A stretch of DNA of 64,000 bases from Lingula anatina (taxonomy: Eukaryota; Animalia; Brachiopoda): the NCBI GenBank assembly GCA_051362555.1, contig CM120643.1, forward strand, positions 22,014,848-22,078,847, given 5' to 3'. This document shows positions 24,339 to 33,575 of this stretch, one piece after another. How positions within the stretch are numbered: the stretch's first letter is position 1; every line of letters begins with the position of its first letter. A program made the position numbers and the translations under genes. The notes under the pieces are model-generated. The model made no database searches. It saw only the letters and a list, made by a program, of their open reading frames with translations, and had not been told where the DNA came from.

Positions 24339-27300
24339 TCATCGTGTTGCTAACTGTATATACTGTGATAATGCTTTTAGTGATTTCTGATCTTGAGGGT
24401 TGAGGAGGATGAATAGTTTCTGATCACTGCCTGCTAATTCATAATTTTGTCTCACAGTGTTTGGGAGGGAACTGAGCATATTTTGTCGCTCTATTTGGTA
24501 TTTACTACATGTGAGGAAGAAATGTTTCTCATCCTCTATTTCCGTTTTACAGCTTGTGCAGGTTCTTTGTTCCAGGGTGATTTTCATGTGCCTGCCTTTC
24601 TCTATCGCTAGCTCGTGGTCACTAATTCTCATTTTGGCTAAGTATTTTTTGTCTGAGCTTGTGGCGTTCATTTTTAAGTAATTTTCAAGATCGTATGAGT
24701 TTTTTATTTTTCGATATGTACGCAGTTTATTGTGGTTCTCCTTGTTCAATTCTTTCCAAAAAAGGTCTTCGATTTTTAGATTAATTTCTTTTTCTAGGTC
24801 TGATGTTTCATCCCAATGTTGAATTCCCCAATTCTGTCTAAATGCCGCCACTGTTTTAGTCCAATTATCTATTTTCAGGAGTTTTTCTTCGCTAAATGTT
24901 TGTTTCAGTATTCTTGTATTCGGGAGATTTTTAAGTCTGGTGTGGTATTTTTGCATGGATTTAATTACATCTGTCAGGATTGGGTATCTACCCAATTCTG
25001 CTCTGCAGGCATTATTACTGGCAGTTTTTCTCACTCCTAATACCCATTTGCACATTTTTAGGTGAATTTGCTCGAAGGACGTGTTATTGATTTTATCTAG
25101 GCTTAGTGATTTTTCTTTGAGAATTTCCTGACCCCATACCTCGCTACCATATAGTAAAATTGGTTTTACAGTTTTATCAAATAGTTTCATTTGTAATAGT
25201 GGATTAGATATGTTTTGGGAGGATAAAGTGCTTTTAAGCGCAAACATGGCCTTCATTGCTTTTTGTTTTAGATTGTGTATTGCTTTCTTGAGGTTACCTG
25301 TATTGGTGAAGGTGATACCTAGATAAGTATATTCTGTAACGTTTTCCAGGATATTTTCATTTATTGTGAATTTTAGGTGCTGTTCTTTTTTTCCAGCTTT
25401 GTTGAAAATTAATATTTTGCACTTTTTCTCGTTTACCTGGAGCTGCCATTTTTTGCAGTATTTTTCAAGGCGTGACAATGATTTTTGCAGGCCATCACTT
25501 GTTTCTGAGAGTAGTACCAGGTCATCAGCATACAGTATATGGAATAGTCTTTCATCGCCATTTGGGTTTAGGGCAGTTTTCACATCATCAATAAAAATGT
25601 TAAAAAGGACTGGACTTAGATTGTCACCTTGCTTAATTCCCAATTTAGAATAAAATGGTTCTGTGTATCCTTCCCCAACCGATATCCCTAGTTTTGTTTG
25701 ACTGTACATTGCTTTGATTAATTTGTAAAATTTTCCCCCAATACCCAGTTTTAGTAGTTTGTACATTAGACCTTTGTGCCAAACAGTGTCAAAAGCCTTT
25801 TTAAAGTCAATAAAACATGCATAAAGACGCTTGTTTTGGTTTACGTATCTATTAACTAAAGATTTTAAGGTAAAAATGTGGTCTGTTGTGCGGTATCCTG
25901 GCCTGAAACCAGCTTGCTCTTCACTGAGTAGATGTTCATTCTGCAGATAGTCAGTCAGTCTCTTACAGAGTATTGAGTTAAACAGTTTCCCCAGACAACT
26001 GGTGATGCACAGTCCTCGATAATTTGATGGATTCATATGTTCACCACTTTTATGGATAGGTATGATGATGCCAAGGTTCCAAGTGTCGGGAATTTCAGTG
26101 GTATTGAGGATAAGATTAAAGATCTTTGTGATAACAATTGCTAGGTACTGGGTTCCTACTTTAAGCATTTCATTCTTAATTGCATCTTCCCCAGCTGCTT
26201 TCCCACTTTTAAGCTTTTTCAGGGCATTTTTCACTTCATGACAAGTTATTGCACTGTCTAGTATTGGAATACCCTCTTGTCTTTCCATCTCTTTTAACGG
26301 GGCATCGATTATGTTGTTTTCTTTCGGGGCAATCCCACAAAGCTGGTGAAAGTGTTTAAGCCAAATGTCTGGACTAATTAAGTTGTGCCTGGTTTCTTTT
26401 TCTTTCAGGTTTTTAAAAACTTCCCAGAATTCTTTAGGGTTTTTCTCTTCGTTTTCGAGTAATCTTTTAAGTAGAAAATCTTTGTGCTCCCGTTTTTTAC
26501 GCTTTATTAGTTGCTTATATTTTCTAGAGGCTTCATGGTAGGTGTGGGCAACAAAGTTGTTTCCTGGGTTGTTCTGTAGCAATTTCCCAAGGTGCTTTAT
26601 ATTGCGCCTGATTTCGGCACATGTGCCGTCAAACCAGGGGTGTTTTTTCACTCGTTTTGTCTTATTATTTCCATTTCTAGGAGGCTTTCTCTTTGCTAGT
26701 GATTTATTAGCCGCATTACAGAGGATATTTTGGAGTTCATTACAAGCTTTGTTCACTCCTTCTTTAGTGTTAGGGAAGTGGGTGCATTGGAGTTTGCTAA
26801 TTTCATTGATCGTTTCATCATCTTCTAGAGCGTTTAAAAATTTTTCAGGCGAGTCTGGTTTCCAAATGTACTGCTCGTTGAATCTGTGAACTGTTGTTGA
26901 GATAGCAGATTTTTGTATGACATTAGTACGTATTGATAGTTCTAGCAGGCAGTGATCAGATAAATAATCAATGGGGTGTATTGTGAAAAAATTTACATCG
27001 CTAAGCAGCCCATCACTCACAATAGCATAGTCTACAGTGCTGCAGCCCTGTCTGTTATAACATGTAAAATAGCCTAGGGAGTTTCCTATTGTTCTCCCAT
27101 TCAATATTTTCATGCTACTTGCAATACATAAATCTACCAAAGTTCTCCCCTGGGGGTTGATAACCGAATCTAAGTTGTTTCTTTGAAGGCAGATTCTACT
27201 TGTGTTGGGCTTGTTTGGTATCATTGCACTAGGTGTATTTTCACAAACAGTAGTGTCTTGTAAATTTCCAGTCCTTGCATTGAAATCCCCTAACAAGCAA

Positions 27301-27839
27301 ACTGTGCCAGAAGGTGCATACGCAGCTATCTCACTCTCTAAAATTTCAAAGGTACTTTCATCCAGTGCTCCGTTACTGGGCTTAACATACACGGCGCACA
27401 GGTATAAATCTTGCTGGAGTCCAAAGCTTTGGCTAGAGAGTCTTACCCACAGTATGTTTTCACTTTTGCTTTCTAACATTTCAACTGCCCCACTATATTC
27501 CTTTTTATAATAAACTACAATACCGCCAGAGGGTCTTCCCTTAACTTTTCTTTTTTTCCTCAGTTTTTGAAAGTGCCCATGTGTGCCTGTGGGTAACACT
27601 ACTTTGGAACGCTCTGTGCTAAAGGTTTCTATACATGCAAATATATCATACTTTTGTACTATAGAGAGAAAATTGTCATCTGAAAGTTTGTTTGCGAGGC
27701 CCCTGATATTTCTCATACCTATGTGTAACATATTTCTTGGTACAAGTAGGTCTCGGTGTTTGACTGACTTAATCACATGGTTGACCATATACAAAGATTC
27801 TACAATCTCATGCCAAATGTATAACACAGGCTTTTTCAT
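24339..27839 (-). CDS. LINE ORF2: AP endonuclease, reverse transcriptase and C-terminal Cys/His motif
   Basis: APE motifs NIRGL, IETF, LGDFNAR, VDY, SDH. RT motifs QAGFR, FIDFKKAFD, GIKQGDNLSPVLF, YADD, YLG. C-terminal RISDHELAIEKGR...CTSC...EDEKHFFLTC. The true start may be a later Met. Confidence 0.96.
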   Translation of the reverse strand: MKKPVLYIWHEIVESLYMVNHVIKSVKHRDLLVPRNMLHIGMRNIRGLANKLSDDNFLSIVQKYDIFACIETFSTERSKVVLPTGTHGHFQKLRKKRKVKGRPSGGIVVYYKKEYSGAVEMLESKSENILWVRLSSQSFGLQQDLYLCAVYVKPSNGALDESTFEILESEIAAYAPSGTVCLLGDFNARTGNLQDTTVCENTPSAMIPNKPNTSRICLQRNNLDSVINPQGRTLVDLCIASSMKILNGRTIGNSLGYFTCYNRQGCSTVDYAIVSDGLLSDVNFFTIHPIDYLSDHCLLELSIRTNVIQKSAISTTVHRFNEQYIWKPDSPEKFLNALEDDETINEISKLQCTHFPNTKEGVNKACNELQNILCNAANKSLAKRKPPRNGNNKTKRVKKHPWFDGTCAEIRRNIKHLGKLLQNNPGNNFVAHTYHEASRKYKQLIKRKKREHKDFLLKRLLENEEKNPKEFWEVFKNLKEKETRHNLISPDIWLKHFHQLCGIAPKENNIIDAPLKEMERQEGIPILDSAITCHEVKNALKKLKSGKAAGEDAIKNEMLKVGTQYLAIVITKIFNLILNTTEIPDTWNLGIIIPIHKSGEHMNPSNYRGLCITSCLGKLFNSILCKRLTDYLQNEHLLSEEQAGFRPGYRTTDHIFTLKSLVNRYVNQNKRLYACFIDFKKAFDTVWHKGLMYKLLKLGIGGKFYKLIKAMYSQTKLGISVGEGYTEPFYSKLGIKQGDNLSPVLFNIFIDDVKTALNPNGDERLFHILYADDLVLLSETSDGLQKSLSRLEKYCKKWQLQVNEKKCKILIFNKAGKKEQHLKFTINENILENVTEYTYLGITFTNTGNLKKAIHNLKQKAMKAMFALKSTLSSQNISNPLLQMKLFDKTVKPILLYGSEVWGQEILKEKSLSLDKINNTSFEQIHLKMCKWVLGVRKTASNNACRAELGRYPILTDVIKSMQKYHTRLKNLPNTRILKQTFSEEKLLKIDNWTKTVAAFRQNWGIQHWDETSDLEKEINLKIEDLFWKELNKENHNKLRTYRKIKNSYDLENYLKMNATSSDKKYLAKMRISDHELAIEKGRHMKITLEQRTCTSCKTEIEDEKHFFLTCSKYQIERQNMLSSLPNTVRQNYELAGSDQKLFILLNPQDQKSLKALSQYIQLATR

Positions 27840-28136
27840 ATGTACACGACTTTACGCAACCTTTTCAAAGGAATTACTTATTCACTGTATTTTTAATTTT
27901 CCCTATTTTCAAAGTAAGCAGTCTTTGCACTATAGGTGAGTTCAGAATACTATCTATTTTTCTCTATGAACCATATTAGGAGAGAGGTAGTTTTACTTAC
28001 AGTTTTCCATTGCCTCTCATTTATTTAGTACTTAATCTTCATGGCATCAGGTATAACTTAAATTTTCTGTAACTTACATTCTGCTTGTTGTTACTTCAGC
28101 CATTTGATCATAGCATATAGCAGCATGAGACAGTCT

Positions 28137-30326
28137 TTACCTCAATTTGCTTTGTAATTTGTTTAAGCAGTCACACAGTGTTCGTAGTTCATTTTGAATA
28201 TCACTGTCTTGATTTCTGCCTGGTTGCATATAAGGTCCACGGTGTACTCCACTAGTGCCTCTTGGGGGGAGTTGGTTACGGTGGGTCCTCTGGCCATTTT
28301 GAGAGTGCTGGGGGGTCCTTGTGTGTGATGGTAGATCCCTTGGTGTTGATGTAGTTGGGGCATGTGTGTATCTGGCCTGACCAGTTACAGTTTTAATGTT
28401 ACAGGCAAGTAATGTTGTGCCTTTTTGGTTAAGGTGTATTCCATCTCCCACAAAGAGGTCCCTTCTGCTGTAAATATTGTCGTTTTCCATGTATATCACA
28501 TTTGCTTGGGTGGCACAATACTCCCTGATGAGTTTGTTTGTTTCCTGCGCTTTTTGGTTAAAAGCCCAGTTATTCCACCTGGGTAGAATGCTGCTGACAA
28601 TAATGGTGGTATCCTTATATCTCCTGCGTGTAGTGGTGAGTAGCTCCTTGTTTATATTCAGGATATCTTGTGGCTGTTGTCCGCTGCTAACATCATTTGA
28701 CCCAATTACAAAAGTAATTGTTTTTGGTTGACCAAAGTCATTCTGTGCTATGACTGTTTTGGCATCTTTGGTTTGTTTGCCTCTCATTGCAATACATTTG
28801 CTTTTCGTGCGAGGAAATAGTTTCTGAGGGATGAGTCCTTTCCCGATTGAGCCCGAGATGACTATGTTTTCCCATGTTGTATTTCGCCTCGTCTGGCTTT
28901 CATTTGGCTCATTTTCAATTGTCCCTGTGCCCCTGCTTTCTGATTCAGTCATATCCAATCTGCTGTCATATGTGTCCTGGGTAGGCTCAGGTTTGACTTC
29001 AATTGTGAGGGGTGTTACTAGGGGTCTATTGTTATCAGGTTCTGTGACTGGAATGGCACTGCTTTCTGATTCATTCATCCCCAGTCTGCTGTCGTTTGTG
29101 TCCTGGGTAGGCTCAGGTGCGACTTCAATTGTGGGGGGTGTTACTAGGGGTCTGGTGTTGTCAGGTTCTGTGACTGAAGTGGCACTGGTGATGTTGATGT
29201 TATCATCTTGGTGGTCATCCGCTGTGCACTGAGTGTTTTTATCTATTTTAACTATTGGAGATGGCTTGCACAATTCCTCATATTGTGTGCTTTTGTCTAT
29301 GTTTGCAGATGAATCACATTGTACTGCCACTTCAGCGCTCCTTTTGTTAGCAGAGGACACCTGTGTGCGCAAGCTGTCCATTTCTGTTGCCAGCTTAGCT
29401 ACTTGACTTGTTAACAGTGTTAATTGTTTTAACACCTCATTGTGATTTGCAGATACTATCTCCAAGACTGCCTCCTTGTTGTTGGTTTTGGTTTCCTGTC
29501 TTTTGAAGTCAGTTGTTTGTAGTAGAATCTGAGTGTATTGGTTTTCTACCGCCTGCAATGTTTCCTGCATTCTGTTTATGTCCCTGTCTCTCCTCATCTC
29601 CTTTAAGTTTGTACAGTTTTTAGTTTTGAAGCCTTTAGGTGAGGTTTGGGAAACTCTTCTTGATTTAAACCCTAGTTTTGGTGTGGTTTGTCCTGTGTCA
29701 GGGTGCTCTGGTGTGGAGACTTTTGCTGTTTCATTGTTAGTTTCTTCACAGTACTCCATTGAAGTTTCTCTGATCTTGTTACTTGGTTGCACTGTCTTGG
29801 GTGATGAAATCAATAAAGCGATTTTTGGGTAATCATGGGCTAACCATAGGATATATCCGGCCCCCTGCACATGAATTTTCTTTGATTTGGCTGTGTGGTA
29901 GAAGGTTAAAGAAATTCCTCCTAGGTTTACTCCTTTTGGGCTGCTGTACTGGAATTTTAGCTGACGTCCAGTGCCTGCGTTCACCTCGTAGTCTTCTGAT
30001 GGAATATGGTACTGTCGACATGCTTCTAACCATCTCTTCACCACATTTACTGTGCTCATTGCTACTGTGGCACATTGGCTATTGTGGGTAACTGCCTCGA
30101 CGTTTGGGCCAAAATACTGCTCTGAATAGTCATAGTCACTTTCAATACCCATGTCTGAGTCATATTTCTTTCTGTTAACTGGGTTGATAAGCGTGAAATA
30201 AGCCTCACTTACTAGTTGGAGTGAATCTTTGCCATTAGGTTCATTGATCTTTGAGATGTAGGCCTCCCTAATCTCCTCACTTTTGCAGCTTTTGTCCACT
30301 CCAAGTACAGTGTAGAGGTCCTCCAT
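28137..30326 (-). CDS. LINE ORF1 (729 aa): J-domain-like N-terminus, predicted coiled coil, 42-aa repeat, SGNH/GDSL esterase
   Basis: DLYTVLGV...EEIREAY...VSEAYFTLINPVNRKKYD matches the DnaJ helix pattern without HPD. SGNH blocks ISGS, RG, IGSND, DGIHLN. Confidence 0.9.
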   Translation of the reverse strand: MEDLYTVLGVDKSCKSEEIREAYISKINEPNGKDSLQLVSEAYFTLINPVNRKKYDSDMGIESDYDYSEQYFGPNVEAVTHNSQCATVAMSTVNVVKRWLEACRQYHIPSEDYEVNAGTGRQLKFQYSSPKGVNLGGISLTFYHTAKSKKIHVQGAGYILWLAHDYPKIALLISSPKTVQPSNKIRETSMEYCEETNNETAKVSTPEHPDTGQTTPKLGFKSRRVSQTSPKGFKTKNCTNLKEMRRDRDINRMQETLQAVENQYTQILLQTTDFKRQETKTNNKEAVLEIVSANHNEVLKQLTLLTSQVAKLATEMDSLRTQVSSANKRSAEVAVQCDSSANIDKSTQYEELCKPSPIVKIDKNTQCTADDHQDDNINITSATSVTEPDNTRPLVTPPTIEVAPEPTQDTNDSRLGMNESESSAIPVTEPDNNRPLVTPLTIEVKPEPTQDTYDSRLDMTESESRGTGTIENEPNESQTRRNTTWENIVISGSIGKGLIPQKLFPRTKSKCIAMRGKQTKDAKTVIAQNDFGQPKTITFVIGSNDVSSGQQPQDILNINKELLTTTRRRYKDTTIIVSSILPRWNNWAFNQKAQETNKLIREYCATQANVIYMENDNIYSRRDLFVGDGIHLNQKGTTLLACNIKTVTGQARYTHAPTTSTPRDLPSHTRTPQHSQNGQRTHRNQLPPRGTSGVHRGPYMQPGRNQDSDIQNELRTLCDCLNKLQSKLR
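28923..29174 (-). repeat. In-frame 126-bp (42-aa) tandem duplication inside ORF1
   Basis: VTEPDNTRPLVTPPTIEVAPEPTQDTNDSRLGMNESES and VTEPDNNRPLVTPLTIEVKPEPTQDTYDSRLDMTESES; offset exactly 126 bp. Confidence 0.95.
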
Positions 30327-30532
30327 ATTGTCTCTCTTTACTCTTCTATGCCTGCCACTTTATAATTCAATGTTTTCTCAGTATCCTGATTCTTTTTTGC
30401 TATGAAATATTCTCTTGGTGTTCAGTCTTACTTTAGATGGATGTTCATCCTGTTATAGTTGATCTTGCATTTATGGTAACCAGTGATTATGTGAATCAAT
30501 CAGAGACCTTTAAACACATGTCCTGTGCCGGC

Positions 30533-30541
30533 GGCCATCTT
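30533..30541 (-). promoter_or_regulatory. YY1-type motif AAGATGGCC at +11 to +19 of the LINE 5' end (putative internal promoter element)
   Basis: The element starts ATATAATTAT-AAGATGGCCGCC directly after the TSD. Confidence 0.55.
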
Positions 30542-31146
30542 ATAATTATATCAATCTCAAAGCTTTTAAAGCTGTCAAAACACACGTCCCCAGGGGCCCA
30601 GTCCTGGATCGTGTTATTTTGATAAGAGTTAGTTTAACTAAGACATGAGCCGACCACCCCTAAACAACGAATATTAAATCGCAACTACAAAGGGGAGGAT
30701 GTGGTGTGGTGTGAAGATAGCCACAGAGTACAAAGTTAATGTGCAGGAAAAACGAGAGGATGAAGACAGTAAGTGGTTTTATTCCTTTTGTTATTTTCAT
30801 AATATTCATTTATTTTCATTTTTAATAATTGATTATCAATGTGTGTTGATAAATTACCAAGTCTTTGATTTTATTACATTCTCCATGTCTGTTGTAGTGG
30901 TGGGCTACATGCATTCTTGTAATTCTCAATCCTGATGCTGTTCCCTTTACCCAGTTGTTATTAATACCTTATTACACATTATATTTTGATATCATTTCGT
31001 TATATCTTTACAGAAACCGTTAAGAAGGACACCGCACTGGAAAAAAGGAAAGGGCGATAGCAGCACTGAACAAGGGGAAGACGTTGAAAGGGGCAACGGC
31101 AGAAATATCTGACGCGGGGGTCTGCCAGGCTAAAGAAGTGCTCCAA

Positions 31147-31219
31147 TTGATGTGTGGAAAATAATTTACACGCAAGGGCGATTTGATGTGTGGAAAATAA
31201 TTTACACGCAAGGACGATT
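31147..31219. repeat. Short direct tandem duplication (two copies, about 36 bp)
   Basis: ttgatgtgtggaaaataatttacacgcaaggRcgat occurs twice in tandem. Confidence 0.9.
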
Positions 31220-32509
31220 AGAGTCCACAGTTGTAGATTAGATAATATCACAGTATTCAACATGAAATATGTTTATATATCTCCTTTACGGTGATTGATT
31301 TTTACTTACTGTTTTTATATATATTGTTATTACAATGAGATCAGTACTTCTTATATTTGAACATATATTTGTATATTATTTTGCTGTGATCCCAAGTAAA
31401 CTGATATGTTTTAATTCAGGCCCAGTCTTGAAAGTCCAATTGGGGAGGGGAATGACCACAGTACGCGGGAAGCTAAATCATCAATACACAAATTACAGTG
31501 TATTATTATCTCACTGATAGTAGGCATTTTAAAAATATCCTGAAAATCACGTATCACCGGGTATAATGTCTTCGTTTCACGAAGGGCGGAGAATAAACAA
31601 TTGCATTCACAAGTCGCGTGAATGGGGTGCTTCACGAATCACGCTAAATAAGATGAACGTTTCACACACCTCAAGAAATAAATAGCTGTATTTTCTACAG
31701 ATTTATTCTGAAAGTACATTTTTTCTCTAAGAATTTGAGCAGCATTTATTTGATTTTGATTAAATACTTTAAGTTAGTCGGATATTTCAGGCACATAATG
31801 TGTTGCGTTTCTCTTGTTTTTAATTTTCACATATTTTTAATGTTATTTTATTTCTCTAGCCTACGCATTTTGTAGGGGTTTTGGTGACAATATTTCGTCT
31901 TTCCTTGGAAGCTACAGTTGTGTAGGCTTCATCGCCTTACTCAATGTGAACAAAAATACCTAATGAGTGTAATTTTTAAAACGGGGTCAGGCAATTAGGG
32001 CACACATAATTGGCATGTTATTTAACGAGCGGCCACTCTCTGCAAATACATTAAGTCGATGGATAAGTAGCAGTCGTTTTCGTTTTCATCATATGTTTAC
32101 CAGATGTCAGATAAATAATGGAAAAAGCCTGACTACTTATGAATCTGTGACGTTCCTATAATTGTACTTTTGCTTAGATTTTGTTCTGGAAAGTCGTATT
32201 TAAATGTGGTTCGTATTTATTTGCGTGATTATTTTACTAGGTAAATTTTTTAATGGTATTCGCTATTGTTTAGGGTGTGCGTATAATGAGTGTACAAAAT
32301 AATACATTAGTGTAAGATGACTTTCCACTTGTGAAATATAGTAGCTGTATTGCGCTTTATAAACATAATTCCCACTGCATTGTAATGGTTATTGTTGTTT
32401 TTTGCAATAAATTACTATAATTGAAAATTCACAAGCCTTCCTCTCATTAAATGAAATGCTACATGAATTTGAAACATTATCAGTGCTATAAGTAATTGAA
32501 ATAACTATA

Positions 32510-32725
32510 ATCGTCCATATTTGATTAGATAAGGGTAGTAAAGACTTACCTAAAATCGCCTTTATTTGATCGGAAAAGGGTTATAATGACGTACCTCATA
32601 TCGCATTTACTTCATCGGAAAAGGGTTATAAAGACGTGTCAAAAATCGCCTATATTTGATCGGAAAGGAGTTGTAAAGAGGTTGTTTTTTGACGCCTATA
32701 CTTGATCGGAAAGACGTAGTAATAG
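32510..32725. repeat. Degenerate minisatellite, about 45-bp period, about 5 copies
   Basis: Recurring taYttgatcggaaaagggttataaagac...atcgcc. Confidence 0.8.
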
Positions 32726-33314
32726 TGCAACTACAATTTTAAGCTTAGGCATAAAAGGGTAGTAAACCCGTAGACCCTGACCTTTCCGGTAGAGCTTTAC
32801 ACCGTTGAAAAGGCTTGTAAAGATAATATTCAGACCCATTTCCTGAAGAGTAAAAGAGCTGAAAATTGACTTTTTGTGCTGTGCAACACACCTGGCTACA
32901 CATATACCTGATCACAATTGTCGTATGTGATCAACTTTTCTAAAAAGTTAATTTATTATCAACACTATGCTTTTGAACTAAAATATTCCATATTGTATAC
33001 TTCAAGTACACGATGACATCTCACCCCATTCATTTCAGCGATTTTTCCATTAGCTTATTACTGGTTACCCATTGGTATTGTCTCATTTTAATTAACAAAA
33101 TTTCTTGAATGTTAGCTTTAATCTTCTGATATTCTATTGAATCCAATTAAATGATTGACGATACGGAAAACATTTCTGTGTTAATAGCAAGTTTGAAGTC
33201 TGAGCAGTTTCTCAAGCTTCTAAACGATTTCATTGAGACCCAAACTGTATTAACAGAAAGGTAAACAGAAGACGTAGTCTACCCTGATGAAATTAAACTG
33301 AATGACTCCTAACC

Positions 33315-33575
33315 CAGTGGCGAATTTAGAGGGGGGGGGGGTCAAGGGGGCCCTGACCCCCCCCCCCCCCCTTCGGATTCTGGTCCCCCTTTTGAAATTA
33401 TAATTTTGACTAGCTGAATCATAGTTGTAAACCTTACCAAATGGCACTGTTCGCCCTCTTAAATACCAAATTTTTTCGGGGCACTTCAACAGGCCCCTAA
33501 CCCGTTGCCAAGTGGGGGGGGGGTCTGCTTTGCATCCGCGGACTCCCCCTTCAAATAATCCTGGATCCGCCTCTG
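33315..33575. mobile_element. MITE-like element, same family as 15451-15715
   Basis: CAGTGGCGAAT...ATCCGCCTCTG termini and shared interior. Confidence 0.72.

Larger units (their letters stand above)
24221..30551 (-). mobile_element. Full-length non-LTR retrotransposon (RTEX-like), 6.33 kb
   Basis: 10-bp TSD CAATCTCAAA at 24211-24220 and 30552-30561. Two open ORFs. 3' AATAAA followed by a (TTA)n tail at 24221-24240. Clade inferred from the ORF2 C-terminal motif and the ORF1 esterase, not from a tree. Confidence 0.93.

Noticed and set aside
24457-30091. Several plus-strand ORFs of 74-133 aa overlapping the LINE
   Set aside because: Antisense shadows of the long ORFs with no recognisable motifs.
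31883-31936. Minus-strand GGCGATGAAG...GACGAAATATTGTCACC resembling a decayed hammerhead
   Set aside because: The CUGANGA box is incomplete and stem II is not defined; needs a family consensus to assess.
32510-32725. About 45-bp periodic repeats as a CRISPR or iteron array
   Set aside because: Whole units are degenerate copies of each other; ordinary minisatellite.
32842-32870. CTGAAGA...GAAA as a hammerhead core
   Set aside because: No pairing stem II or stem I.
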